This document shows, one piece after another, positions 36,760-46,542 of a DNA stretch of 64,000 nucleotides. The notes beneath the pieces are model-generated. The model did not search any database, was not told the DNA's origin, and saw nothing but the letters and a program-made list of their open reading frames with translations. Within the stretch, counting starts at the first letter, position 1; every line of letters starts with the position of its first letter. The stretch is from positions 4,576,001-4,640,000 of the forward strand of contig OZ245046.1 in the NCBI GenBank assembly GCA_965224245.1, written 5' to 3'. The translations under genes were made by a program, and so were the position numbers. Source of the DNA: Candidatus Eiseniibacteriota bacterium. Its GTDB lineage: Bacteria; Eisenbacteria; RBG-16-71-46; CAZAMP01.

Positions 36760-38109
36760 TCACGCGGCGTCGTCGCGAATGCCCAGCCCCAGGACGAGCT
36801 TGCGCACGGCGACGCAGAAGGAGCGGACGTCGTGATCCGATCGGAACGCCTGATCGAGGTGAACCGCACAGCAGGCGTCCGCCTGCGTGAGCACATCGCC
36901 CAGATGCGCGTTGGTTCTCAGATCCTGCACGAACGTGTCGATCGCGTCCGGGTCGAGAGAGCGCCGGAGCGCCGGAAGATCCAGCACCAGCTCCGCGGTG
37001 CTGGTGAGTCTGAAGATCTCGGTGACCAGCGGCTCCACCGTTCCCGCGAAGAACCCGGCCTGAAACGACAGCGTCGTCTCCGACACCATCCATCCCGCCG
37101 GCAGCGTCCGACTCGGCTCGCGCCCCAGCCGCGTCAGCCGCTGCGCGCGGCGCTTGGCGTCGGGCGAGCACGCGTCGGTCAGGTGCGCGAAGAAGCGATC
37201 CTCGTCGTGCCGGCGTCCCGAGATCGATAGCGCGTACGCGTGGCCGTCCGCCTCCCCGTCCGCGTCGTCGACGTCGTGAGAGTCGCCGGGGATGTCCTCG
37301 CGCCGCAGGTACTCGTAGATCCGCTCGATCGGATCCTCGTCGCCGTCGAGCTCGTCCTCGAGCGCCCGGAAGAAGTCGGGAAACTCCTCCTCTTCGATGG
37401 GCATCGGGACGTTCGACCGCCAGTGCGCATCGCGCCACGGGTCGTCCAGCTCGTCCAGGTCGTCGCCGCCTTCGTCGATGTCGACCGGCAGCCGCCGTGT
37501 CGGCGGCACGCGGGGAATCATCAGCTGATAGCCCTGCCACACGAAGTGCGCCACCTCGATGGGCTCGAACCGGATCATGCCCTCGGACGACTCGCGCAGG
37601 TAGTCGAAGAACGCCACGAGATCGTCACCGATCCGATCCACGGCCAGCACGAGCCGGAAGCGACCCTGCTCGAGGTTCTGGGCCAGTCGAAGCCGGAACG
37701 CGCGACCGTCGAAGCGCTCGCGATCGGTGTCCGGCAGGGATTCGTGGACGATCTCCTCCAGCGGCCGGCCATGCAGGAGCAGCAGACGCTGCTCGAACTC
37801 GTCGAAGGGCACGTCCCGCCGGAGATGTGCCGCCAGCTCCAGGAGGCGCGATACGCACACCTCGCGGATCTCGGGGGTGGGCGCGTACCGGGCGATGGCC
37901 AGCACGATGTCGCCGCGCGCGTCGATCCCCACCAGATCCACGACGCGCGAGCCCTCCAGCTGGAAGTCCTGGATGGCGACCTGAACACCCGGGATCAGCT
38001 CGGTCAGCTGTCCGATCGGGATGACCGGAGCCCCCTCGCCGTCTCGGGGCACGCTCTCGCCGATGAGGGCCCACGACCCCGAGCTTCCGCGACGTATCGC
38101 GATGTACAT
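36760..38109 (-). CDS. Hypothetical protein with degenerate PD-(D/E)xK (NucS-like) fold and acidic linker
   Basis: VDLVGIDARGDIVLAIARY..IREV; NLEQGRFRLVLAVD; GAGG RBS before ATG 38109. Confidence 0.6.
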   Translation of the reverse strand: MYIAIRRGSSGSWALIGESVPRDGEGAPVIPIGQLTELIPGVQVAIQDFQLEGSRVVDLVGIDARGDIVLAIARYAPTPEIREVCVSRLLELAAHLRRDVPFDEFEQRLLLLHGRPLEEIVHESLPDTDRERFDGRAFRLRLAQNLEQGRFRLVLAVDRIGDDLVAFFDYLRESSEGMIRFEPIEVAHFVWQGYQLMIPRVPPTRRLPVDIDEGGDDLDELDDPWRDAHWRSNVPMPIEEEEFPDFFRALEDELDGDEDPIERIYEYLRREDIPGDSHDVDDADGEADGHAYALSISGRRHDEDRFFAHLTDACSPDAKRRAQRLTRLGREPSRTLPAGWMVSETTLSFQAGFFAGTVEPLVTEIFRLTSTAELVLDLPALRRSLDPDAIDTFVQDLRTNAHLGDVLTQADACCAVHLDQAFRSDHDVRSFCVAVRKLVLGLGIRDDAA

Positions 38110-38261
38110 GTGCCCGCTACCTCGTCCTGGGTGTGGCTCGCGTGGAGCGCTCGTGGGGCGGTGCCCCGGCCGTCGCCTAGCGTTATCGGGCTCGCGGATC
38201 CAGACCTGAACCGGCCGGCGAGCCACCGCGACCCCGGCGCTTTTCACACGTCGAGTGCGCC

Positions 38262-38270
38262 TGCTAGACT
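38262..38270 (+). promoter_or_regulatory. Extended -10 element TGCTAGACT, with TTCACA -35 candidate
   Basis: Recurrent 9-mer upstream of ATG 38332. Confidence 0.5.
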
Positions 38271-38331
38271 CGCGCGCGCACGGTTCACCCGGCCGTTCTC
38301 GGCCGATCACAACACCGCAACGGGACCCCGC

Positions 38332-39123
38332 ATGGCCTCCGACCATCCAGAGACGCTCCGCGTCGAGACGGACGGCGCAATTCGTCGTGTCACGCTGGCC
38401 AGGCCCGACGTCCACAACGCGTTCGACGACACGGTCATCGCCGAGCTGCAATCCACGTTCGAATCCCTCGCCCGCGATGCCGAGGCACGGGCCGTGGTGC
38501 TGACCGGCGACGGGAAGTCGTTCTGCGCCGGCGCCGACCTGAACTGGATGAAGCGCGTGGCCGGCTACGACGACGAGGAGAACCTCGCGGACGCACGGCG
38601 GCTGGCCCGCATGCTCGCCACCGTCGACGCGTGTCCGATGCCAGTGATCGCTCGCGTCAACGGTGTCGCCCTCGGGGGTGGATCGGGCCTCGTGGCGTGC
38701 TGCGACATCGCGGTGGCGTCCGAGCGCGCGCGTTTCGCGTTCAGCGAGGTGAAGCTCGGGATCATCCCCGCGACGATCTCGCCGTTCGTCTACGCGAAGA
38801 TCGGCGCGCGCGGCGCGCGGCGCTACTTCCTCACCGGCGAGCGCTTCGATGCGACGACCGCCCGCGACATCGGCCTCGTGAACGAGGTCGTGGCGCCCGA
38901 GGCGCTCGACGACGCGGTGAAGACGATCGTGGACGAGATCCTCACCGCGGGGCCCGGCGCGGTCAGCGCGGCCAAGTCACTCGTCCTCGAACTGGCCACG
39001 CGACGGCTCCCGGAGGTGAACGAGTTCACCGCCCGCCTGATCGCCGACGTCCGGTCGCGCCCCGAGGCCCGCGAGGGCATGAGCGCGTTTCTGGAGAAGC
39101 GCCCACCGGGCTGGGTCGAGTAG
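38332..39123 (+). CDS. Enoyl-CoA hydratase/isomerase (methylglutaconyl-CoA hydratase-like)
   Basis: RPDVHNAFD, FCAGADLNWM, GGGSGLVACCD, FSEVKLGIIPATISP, AFLEKRPP. Confidence 0.92.
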   Translation: MASDHPETLRVETDGAIRRVTLARPDVHNAFDDTVIAELQSTFESLARDAEARAVVLTGDGKSFCAGADLNWMKRVAGYDDEENLADARRLARMLATVDACPMPVIARVNGVALGGGSGLVACCDIAVASERARFAFSEVKLGIIPATISPFVYAKIGARGARRYFLTGERFDATTARDIGLVNEVVAPEALDDAVKTIVDEILTAGPGAVSAAKSLVLELATRRLPEVNEFTARLIADVRSRPEAREGMSAFLEKRPPGWVE

Positions 39124-39257
39124 ACCCCCGGCACGGACCGAATCTGATCGGGGCGGCAAGAAACCTGTCGCGCCCCGCCCGCACCGCCCCGCCGGAGGCG
39201 CCTGGACCCCACCCGCCGCCCTCAGGCTTGGTACGTCGATTGCTTGATTCGGCCGCC

Positions 39258-40994
39258 ATGCCGTCATACCGAATGACATATCTCGTGGACGAGCTGCGGC
39301 TACTCGGTGGGGCGGCGAACACGTTCGAGCAGGCCCGCCGCCTGGGCGAACGCGGGCACACCGTCCGCGTCCTGGGCCGGACCGCCCCTCCGAGCTGGCT
39401 TCCGCGCGGCGTGGACTTCCGTCGCGTCGCGACGTTCTCGCCGGAGGTGGTCCCCGAATCGGACTTCGTGATCGGCACCGACTGGACGACGGTCCCTCCC
39501 GCGCTCGGGTGCGGGCGCGGCCTGCCCGTCCACTACTGCCGGGACGCGATCGTGTCGCCCGACTCACCGAACGCACCCGGCCCCGCCGACGTCCTGGGGT
39601 TTCGCATCGCCACGTCGCGGCACGACCAGCTCGTCCTCCAGAGGCGCTTCGAGGGCCGCTGCTGGTACGTGCACGAGGCGGTGGACCTGGCGCGGTTCCG
39701 TGATGCCGGAGTGGTCGGTCCCAGCGCGTCCGAGGAGGGGGACGCCCCGTTCCGGATCCTCATCGTCGGTGAGAGCGGCGATCCGAGCGCCGGGGTGTCG
39801 CACGCCCTGGATGCGGTCGCTGCGCTGCGCCGGCGCGGGCACCGCATCGTCGTCACGCGGCTGGCCGGCGGCTCGCCGCAGGCCGACGAGCTCGCCACCG
39901 GTCTCGTCGACGAGTGGCGATCCGCCGTGACGCCCGATCGGTTGCCATCGATTTACCGAGATGCCGACGTCTTTCTGGGGGTATCGCTGGACGCCACCGC
40001 GAGCGCCTTTCTGCCGGGCCTGGAGGCCATGGCCGCGGGCGTTCCGGTCGTGCTCACCGACATCCCCTGTCACCACGGGTACGCCTCCGGATCGGACTTC
40101 GCGTCGTTCGTCCCCGCGGCCGATGCCGAGGCGCTGGCGGACGCCGTCGAGCGCCTCGCGACCGATCCCGATCACCGGCGACGCCAAGCACTGGCAGGGC
40201 AGCTCGTCGCCGGTCGTTACTCGTGGGAGTCGCATCTCGATCATCTGGAGGCCGTGCTCGACGAGATCCACGAGCGCTATCGCCTCCCCTTCTCCCTCGC
40301 GACCGGCGCCACGCCCCACGCCTCCTCGGCGGTCCGATCGGAGGAGGAGCTCCTGTGCGAGCACCGGTACGCGTTCGCCACCCAGTTCGCGGGGGACCGT
40401 CGCGTACTGGACGTCGGATGCGGTCGCGGCGACGGCGCCGCCTGCCTGGCCCGATCCGGCGCGCGATCCGTGCTCGCCGTGGACGCGTCGGAGATCGCGA
40501 TCGCCTACGCCCGCCGCACGCACGAGGACGCGAAGGTCACGTTCTCGGTCCAGCATCCGACCGCGCTCGACCTCGACGACGCGTCGATGGACCTGGTGCT
40601 CGCGTTCGACCTGATGGACGACGTCCACGACGCCGACGCGTTCGTCGAGGAGGCGGCCCGCGTGCTCACCGATCGAGGCGCGCTCCTGGTGTCGATCCCG
40701 AACGTACCGGGTCCCGATCGTGACCACGGCTCGCCGTCGCTCGACGCCGAGCGGGACCATCCGATGGCGCGAACGCGCGCGCTTCTCGAGCGCCGGTTCG
40801 GACACGTCGTCGTCTATGGACAGGCGGTCGTCTCCGACGAGCTCGTGATCCGGCCCGAGTCCGTCGACGGATCGTCCGACGTGGCCTATCTCTACGTGGC
40901 CACGCAGCTCCAGCGGCAGCCGGCCGACGACGGGACGCTCGCCCGCGAGACCGGCGACGTCGGAGAGTCCGGCGGACACCGGCGGGCCGCCTGA
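39258..40994 (+). CDS. GT4 glycosyltransferase fused to a class I SAM methyltransferase
   Basis: GGAANT..A..L..RGH, LPGLEAMAAGVPVVLTD, YSWE; then EHRYAFA..RVLDVGCGRGDG. Confidence 0.82.
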   Translation: MPSYRMTYLVDELRLLGGAANTFEQARRLGERGHTVRVLGRTAPPSWLPRGVDFRRVATFSPEVVPESDFVIGTDWTTVPPALGCGRGLPVHYCRDAIVSPDSPNAPGPADVLGFRIATSRHDQLVLQRRFEGRCWYVHEAVDLARFRDAGVVGPSASEEGDAPFRILIVGESGDPSAGVSHALDAVAALRRRGHRIVVTRLAGGSPQADELATGLVDEWRSAVTPDRLPSIYRDADVFLGVSLDATASAFLPGLEAMAAGVPVVLTDIPCHHGYASGSDFASFVPAADAEALADAVERLATDPDHRRRQALAGQLVAGRYSWESHLDHLEAVLDEIHERYRLPFSLATGATPHASSAVRSEEELLCEHRYAFATQFAGDRRVLDVGCGRGDGAACLARSGARSVLAVDASEIAIAYARRTHEDAKVTFSVQHPTALDLDDASMDLVLAFDLMDDVHDADAFVEEAARVLTDRGALLVSIPNVPGPDRDHGSPSLDAERDHPMARTRALLERRFGHVVVYGQAVVSDELVIRPESVDGSSDVAYLYVATQLQRQPADDGTLARETGDVGESGGHRRAA

Positions 40995-41000
40995 GCGACG

Positions 41001-41510
41001 TCAGGTCCGGGGCCCGAGCACGATCGTGTGCGGTCCCACGTCGAGCACGACGTTCGCACCCCGCTCCTCGGCGAGGCTCAGGAACGACAGCTGCGCCGTG
41101 CGGCCGAAGCGTGCGGGGAACGCGCCCTCGCGCACGCGGCAATACACGACGTCGTTCCCGCCGATGGACACCGTCTCCGGATCCAGGGGCTCCCGGCGCG
41201 TGTCGTTGAGGACGAGCTGGACGTGCTGCACGCGTCCGTCGTCGTCTCGCTCGATCTCGAGGCCGATCACGACGAACGGTGTGTCGGCCACCTCGAGGAC
41301 GTTCTCCTCACCCGCGCACCGGGACAGGAACCGCCCGTCGGGCAGCGGCTCGAGGTTCCGGAAGAACACCGCCAGCATGCGGGCGTGCGTGATCGGATCC
41401 CCGGCATGGCGGAGCGTTCCCGTCTCGTCGAGCTGATACGTGTAGCGACGGGGCGTGTCGCGACGGCCGGCGGAGGAACGCGTCCGGGATCGCCGGTCAT
41501 CCGCCGGCAT
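41001..41510 (-). CDS. DUF1285-like hypothetical protein
   Basis: G...HAGDPITH, EVADTPFVV, LND, YCRVR...ARF. Confidence 0.65.
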   Translation of the reverse strand: MPADDRRSRTRSSAGRRDTPRRYTYQLDETGTLRHAGDPITHARMLAVFFRNLEPLPDGRFLSRCAGEENVLEVADTPFVVIGLEIERDDDGRVQHVQLVLNDTRREPLDPETVSIGGNDVVYCRVREGAFPARFGRTAQLSFLSLAEERGANVVLDVGPHTIVLGPRT

Positions 41511-42999
41511 GATCGAGGGGCGACGTACGGGGCGCGGCTCCCACGCGAAGCGGATCGACGAGGTCGACGAACCGACCCAGACCCACCGGCGGCACGGCGG
41601 CGTCGAACGCGTCGTTCAGGACCTCGATGAACGCGTTCGCGATCACGGCCTGACCGAAGCTCGTGGGATGGACACCGTCGAGGCTGAACGCGCCGCCGAA
41701 CACGAACGTGCCGTCCAGCGTCACGCCGCCCCATCCGTAGCGTCCGGCGAAGAGGTCGGCGAACACCTGATCGAGCCGCACGAGCGGCAGGTCGCGATCG
41801 ACCGCGAGCGCGGTGATCGCGGCGTTGTACGCGTCCACGGTCGCCTCGAGGCTCCCCAGCTCGGCCGCGGTCAGCGTCAGCGACGCGGGCAGAGGACGGC
41901 CGTGTCCGGGATAGCGATCGTCGAGACGCTCGCGCGCGGTGACGGGGTCGACCCCCTCGTCGGCGGCGATGCGCGCGATCAGCGCGGCGTCGGAGATGCC
42001 GTGGCCGTGCCGGATCCACGGGAGCGCGGTGGCCGGAACCACGTCGCCGTCGTCGAGGAGCATGCCCCCGGGCTGGTCGGGGCTCGCGCGCGACCCCTCC
42101 TCGCCGAGGAGCGCGAGCGGCGGGGGCGTGGTGAACTCCGGGAGATCCCGGAGGTGCGGAATGGTGGCCAGGATCACCCGGCTCCCGATCGAGTCGGCCA
42201 CCACCGACACGATCTCGCCCAGGTACCCGGCGAACGTGTCGGCGTCGTACGCGACCACGTCGGTACCGCGCGACGCGGCGTCGAGGATCTCGGCGAAGCC
42301 GAGCCAGATGCTCGTGAGCTGTGGCGTGTTCCTGGCCGCCTGCTCCAGCACGGTGGACGTGTCGATCGTGGTCACCGCGGGCCGGAGCACGGTCTCGAAG
42401 AAGAGGTTCGGTCGGCCGGACTTCGCGGTGAAGCAGGTGAGGGAATCGACGGCGAAGAGCACGTCGTAGGCATGTGCCCCGGGAATCCCGAGGTTGCGGA
42501 ACTCGCGACGATCCCGCTCGAGCTCGAGCGTCTGATGGATCACGAGCCGGCTCTCGTCGATCAGATCGGGATCGACCCACGGCGTGCGCTCCAGCGTCAG
42601 CGGCGAGTAGTCCACGACGCGCAGCACCCCCTCCGGCCGGAGCGGGTAGCTCGTCGTGATGCCGGGGTTCCGGACGTAGGCCTGGGTCACGTCGGACGCC
42701 CCGCCGAGCGGGATGGCGAACTGGCGGGCCAGGATCGACGGGAACGCATCCTCCTGCTGCCGCTTGGCCAGCGCCCCGGACTGGACCCCCGCGGTGAAGC
42801 CGTCGCCGATGGCCACGAAGTCCTTGACGAAGGCCACCGCGGGCTCGGGGCGCGAAACGCCTTCGATGCCGGTGTCGCACCCGGGAGTCGCGGCGGTGGC
42901 GACCAGCGCACACGCGACGCCCGCGACGTTCCGGACACCCGTCAGGCGCGTGCGCCCGGTGACGCCGCGCGACGTCGCCGCGCGATCGGCGCGCCTCAC
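41497..42999 (-). CDS. SGNH/GDSL-hydrolase-like lipoprotein
   Basis: Leader ending PGC; block I AIGDGFTAG; NLGIPGA; block V FSLDGVHP; GTGA overlap with the upstream gene (start uncertain). Confidence 0.75.
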   Translation of the reverse strand: MRRADRAATSRGVTGRTRLTGVRNVAGVACALVATAATPGCDTGIEGVSRPEPAVAFVKDFVAIGDGFTAGVQSGALAKRQQEDAFPSILARQFAIPLGGASDVTQAYVRNPGITTSYPLRPEGVLRVVDYSPLTLERTPWVDPDLIDESRLVIHQTLELERDRREFRNLGIPGAHAYDVLFAVDSLTCFTAKSGRPNLFFETVLRPAVTTIDTSTVLEQAARNTPQLTSIWLGFAEILDAASRGTDVVAYDADTFAGYLGEIVSVVADSIGSRVILATIPHLRDLPEFTTPPPLALLGEEGSRASPDQPGGMLLDDGDVVPATALPWIRHGHGISDAALIARIAADEGVDPVTARERLDDRYPGHGRPLPASLTLTAAELGSLEATVDAYNAAITALAVDRDLPLVRLDQVFADLFAGRYGWGGVTLDGTFVFGGAFSLDGVHPTSFGQAVIANAFIEVLNDAFDAAVPPVGLGRFVDLVDPLRVGAAPRTSPLDHAGG

Positions 43000-44348
43000 C
43001 GGGAGTACCCCAGGCTGACGCCGAACTGCCAGGCCCGGCGGCCGTACTCGGCGGTGAAGGCGTCGGGATTGTCGGTTGCGTCGGCGTGCTCGGACACCAC
43101 CAGCATCTCGACGAGATCGAAGCGCCACCCGTCCACGTGGTAGCCGAAGCCGAACGCCCAGCGGTGTCGCGCCGCGTCCGGCAGGATCGGCCCCACCGCG
43201 GACTCGGGGATCGACGCCGACTCGTATCCGTAGCCGAAGCGGAGGTCCAGCTTGTCACTGGCGAAGAACTCGGCCCCGGCCCGAGCGGCGACCGCATCGT
43301 CGTACTCGGACACGATCACCTGCGAGAGATCGGCATCCTCCAGCGTGAGCACGGTTCGATCGAACGCCGACCAGCGCGCCCATGCCACGTCGACCGCGGC
43401 GCGCCACGACTCGCCGAGCGATCGCGCGATGCCCAGCGTGAACGTCGAGGGAACCTCCACGTCGACCGACGCGGATTGCCTCGGGGGCACGAGATCGGCG
43501 AGATCGGGGTTCGCGTCCTCGTCGTCGGTGGGGATGAAGGTGAACGTCGCGTCACCGTCCACGGTCGACGTGAGCTGGTGCCGGTAGACGAGCCCCAGTC
43601 GCCAGCCGTCGCGCCCGAGAAGCGCTCCGGCGCTGAACGTGGCCGAGGTCGCGGGATCCGCGTCGAACGTCATCGTGGCCAGGTCGAAGACGTCGGCCTG
43701 TCCCCCGACGTGACGCACACCAGGAACGCGGCGTTCGAAGAGGACGTCGGTCCGGACGAGATCCACGCCGACGCCGATCGCCAACGTCTCGGAGACCTCG
43801 AGCGACGCGGCCGGCGTCAGCGCCAGCGACGCGATCTCGGCCCGCGTGACCAGGTAGCGTCCCGGAAAGAGATCGTCGCGCCGCCACTCGGTCAGGAGCC
43901 CGAACGGCGAGTGGATGCCGATCCCCGCGACGAGCGTGCTCGTCAAGCGGCGGACGACGTACGCGTGGGGAGCCGACGAGAACGGGGAGGCGGCCCGCAC
44001 GGTGATCCCGTAGCCGGGGTAGGGCGCGCGCCCGGAGAGCTCGAGCTTGGCCCGCTCGGCGCCGAGGCCGCCGAGCACGCCCCACTCGGAGACCGCCCGG
44101 AGGCCCGCGGGGTTGGCGACCACGGCTGACGCATCGTCGGCGATCGCGGTGACGGCGTTTGCGGTGGACCTCGAGCGGGCGTCCGTGTCGCCGGTCAGGA
44201 TCCCGGTCGCGTGGGCGTCCGTGGTGATCGTCGCGGCGAGGATGCTCGCAGCCACGGCGAGCCGTATTCGGGCGAACGGGGCTGACGGGACGCCCCGGGT
44301 GGGGATGCCCGCTCGGTTGCACGTCGTCACGATCGGCTTCGTGATCAT
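42996..44348 (-). CDS. FadL/OmpP1/TodX outer-membrane transport protein
   Basis: ADDASAVVANPAGL, SPFGL.TEW, WARWSAF, LRFGYGYE, ILPD, C-terminal aromatic strand. Confidence 0.85.
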   Translation of the reverse strand: MITKPIVTTCNRAGIPTRGVPSAPFARIRLAVAASILAATITTDAHATGILTGDTDARSRSTANAVTAIADDASAVVANPAGLRAVSEWGVLGGLGAERAKLELSGRAPYPGYGITVRAASPFSSAPHAYVVRRLTSTLVAGIGIHSPFGLLTEWRRDDLFPGRYLVTRAEIASLALTPAASLEVSETLAIGVGVDLVRTDVLFERRVPGVRHVGGQADVFDLATMTFDADPATSATFSAGALLGRDGWRLGLVYRHQLTSTVDGDATFTFIPTDDEDANPDLADLVPPRQSASVDVEVPSTFTLGIARSLGESWRAAVDVAWARWSAFDRTVLTLEDADLSQVIVSEYDDAVAARAGAEFFASDKLDLRFGYGYESASIPESAVGPILPDAARHRWAFGFGYHVDGWRFDLVEMLVVSEHADATDNPDAFTAEYGRRAWQFGVSLGYSR

Positions 44349-44562
44349 CTCGGGGTCGATCGAGTCACGGGTGGCGCCTCGCTGGCGTGTCGGTCTGGTG
44401 ATCGGGAGCCGGGAGTATCCCAGATCGATCGGGCGTCCGAAAGCCCGAGCACCCGCACGAGGCGGTGGTGCCGCCGGCCGCACCAGAGAGGGCCGCCTCG
44501 GGGCTCCCGATCGACGCCTCGACCCCGGGCCCGCGGCGCCTCGGGACATGCCGCCGGGGAAT

Positions 44563-46359
44563 CTACTCCTCGGCGTACACCTCGTCGATCCGCGCCCGGT
44601 AACGCTCCTCGATGACCCGCCGCTTCATCTTCATCGACGGGGTCAGAGAGCCGTCGGCGATCGTGAGCTCCTCGGGCAACAGGATGAACCTCTTGATCGT
44701 CTCGAATCGCGCGAGGCCCTCGTTGGCCCGGGTCACCTCGACGTCGAACAGCGAGCGGACCTCCCGCGATTCGAGGAGCGCCTCGTGTGTCGAGGCCTCG
44801 ATCCCCCGCTCGCGGGCGAACGTCTCCAGGGCCGGGAAGTCCGGCAGGATGATCGCCGACACGAACCGGCGCTGATCCCCGACGAGCATGGCATCGGCGA
44901 TGTAGCGGCTCTTGCGGAGCTTGTTCTCGATGGGCTGGGGCGCGACGAACTTGCCGCCCGACGTCTTGATGAGGTCCTTCTTGCGATCGGTGATGAAGAG
45001 ATAGCCGTCCTCGTCCAGCCGGCCGATGTCGCCGGTCTGGAGCCATCCGTCCCCGGCGTACAGATCGACGGTCTCCTGCGGCTTGTTGTAGTACCCCGGC
45101 GTCGTGGTCGGTCCCTTCACCAGGATCTCGCCGTCCTCGGCGATCCGGATCTGGACCTCCGGAAACGCCCGGCCCACCGATCCCAGGCGCACGTGGCCGG
45201 GGCAGTTGGCCGACACCACCGGCGACGTCTCGGTGAGGCCGTAGCCCTCGTACACCGGAATGCCCACCGCGTTGAAGAACGTGATCAGATCGGACCGCAA
45301 CGGCGCGCTCCCCGACACGAAGAAGCGCACCTTGCCCCCGATGCGTCCTTTCAGCTTGGCGAAGACGAGCTTCGAGGCGATCCTGTACTTCGTTCGGAGC
45401 GGGCCCGACACCTCGCGTCCCTCGAGCTCGGCGGCGGCGAACTCGATGCCGACACCCTGAGCCCAGCGGAAGAGCTTCTGACGGATCGGGGGCGCCGCGT
45501 CGATCGCCTCCATGATCCGGGCGTAGAACTTCTCGAAGAAGCGCGGGACGCCGAGGAGGATCGTCGGTCGCAGCTCGGCCGCGTCCGCGGCCACGGTCTC
45601 CACCGCCTCCGCGTACGCGATGCCGCACCCCGCGCCGTACATCGTGTAGTAGCCGGCCATCCGCTCGAACACGTGGCTCAGCGGCAGGAACGACAGGTAG
45701 AGATCGGTGTGCGTGATCGGGAAGCGCTCGAGCGCGCCGCGCACGTTGGCCATCAGGTTCGCGTGCGTCAACATGACGCCCTTGGGCTCGCCGGTGGTTC
45801 CCGACGTGTAGATGATCGTGGCCACGTCGTCGGGCTCGCTGGGCACGACCGTGTCGAGCGCGTCCACACCGCGCGCCTTCAGCGACTGGGTTCCCTGGGT
45901 GATGATCTCGTCGATGCCGCGCACCTGCGGGCTCCGTGCCTCGACTCGATCGAACGTGATGATCGCTCCGATGTCCTTCAGGAGCGGGCCGGTCGTCAGG
46001 AGCTTCGCGACCTGCTCGTCGTCGGACGCGAAGACCCACTTCGCGCCGCTGTCGCGCAGGATCGCCGCGACCTGGTTGGCCGGCAGCGTCGGGTACACGG
46101 GTACCGACAGTGCGCCGCGCGTGATCGCCGCCATGTCGGCCACCGCCCAGTGATAGCGGTTGGCCGAGAGGATCCCGATGCGGTCGCCGGGCTCGAGTCC
46201 CAGCCCCGCGAGACCCTCGCCCAGCCCGGCCACGTCCTCGGCGAAGCTCCGGGACGAGATCCGAACCCAGCGGCCCTCGCGCTTCTCGACGAACGCATCG
46301 TCACGAGGCACGACCGAGATCGCATGCTTGAACAGCTCACCGAGCGTCGTGGCATCCAT
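44563..46359 (-). CDS. fadD: Long-chain fatty acid-CoA ligase
   Basis: YTSGTTGEPKGVMLTH, FLPLSHVFER, YEGYGLTE, WLQTGDIG, DRKKDLIKTSGGK. Confidence 0.92.
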   Translation of the reverse strand: MDATTLGELFKHAISVVPRDDAFVEKREGRWVRISSRSFAEDVAGLGEGLAGLGLEPGDRIGILSANRYHWAVADMAAITRGALSVPVYPTLPANQVAAILRDSGAKWVFASDDEQVAKLLTTGPLLKDIGAIITFDRVEARSPQVRGIDEIITQGTQSLKARGVDALDTVVPSEPDDVATIIYTSGTTGEPKGVMLTHANLMANVRGALERFPITHTDLYLSFLPLSHVFERMAGYYTMYGAGCGIAYAEAVETVAADAAELRPTILLGVPRFFEKFYARIMEAIDAAPPIRQKLFRWAQGVGIEFAAAELEGREVSGPLRTKYRIASKLVFAKLKGRIGGKVRFFVSGSAPLRSDLITFFNAVGIPVYEGYGLTETSPVVSANCPGHVRLGSVGRAFPEVQIRIAEDGEILVKGPTTTPGYYNKPQETVDLYAGDGWLQTGDIGRLDEDGYLFITDRKKDLIKTSGGKFVAPQPIENKLRKSRYIADAMLVGDQRRFVSAIILPDFPALETFARERGIEASTHEALLESREVRSLFDVEVTRANEGLARFETIKRFILLPEELTIADGSLTPSMKMKRRVIEERYRARIDEVYAEE

Positions 46360-46542
46360 GGCGAACCTCTGGGGTGGAGCCCGTAACCGGCGCGTGCTCA
46401 ACCAGTTCCCGAAACTGATAGCAGGGCGGTCGAGGCGGCGCAACCGGGTTCTCGCACAAAGCGCCACCGGTGGGACCGGCGCCCTCCGGGGCCGGGATGC
46501 GCGTCCGACCGAGCTCCCCGGACGCCCGGCGATCCGGCGCGG

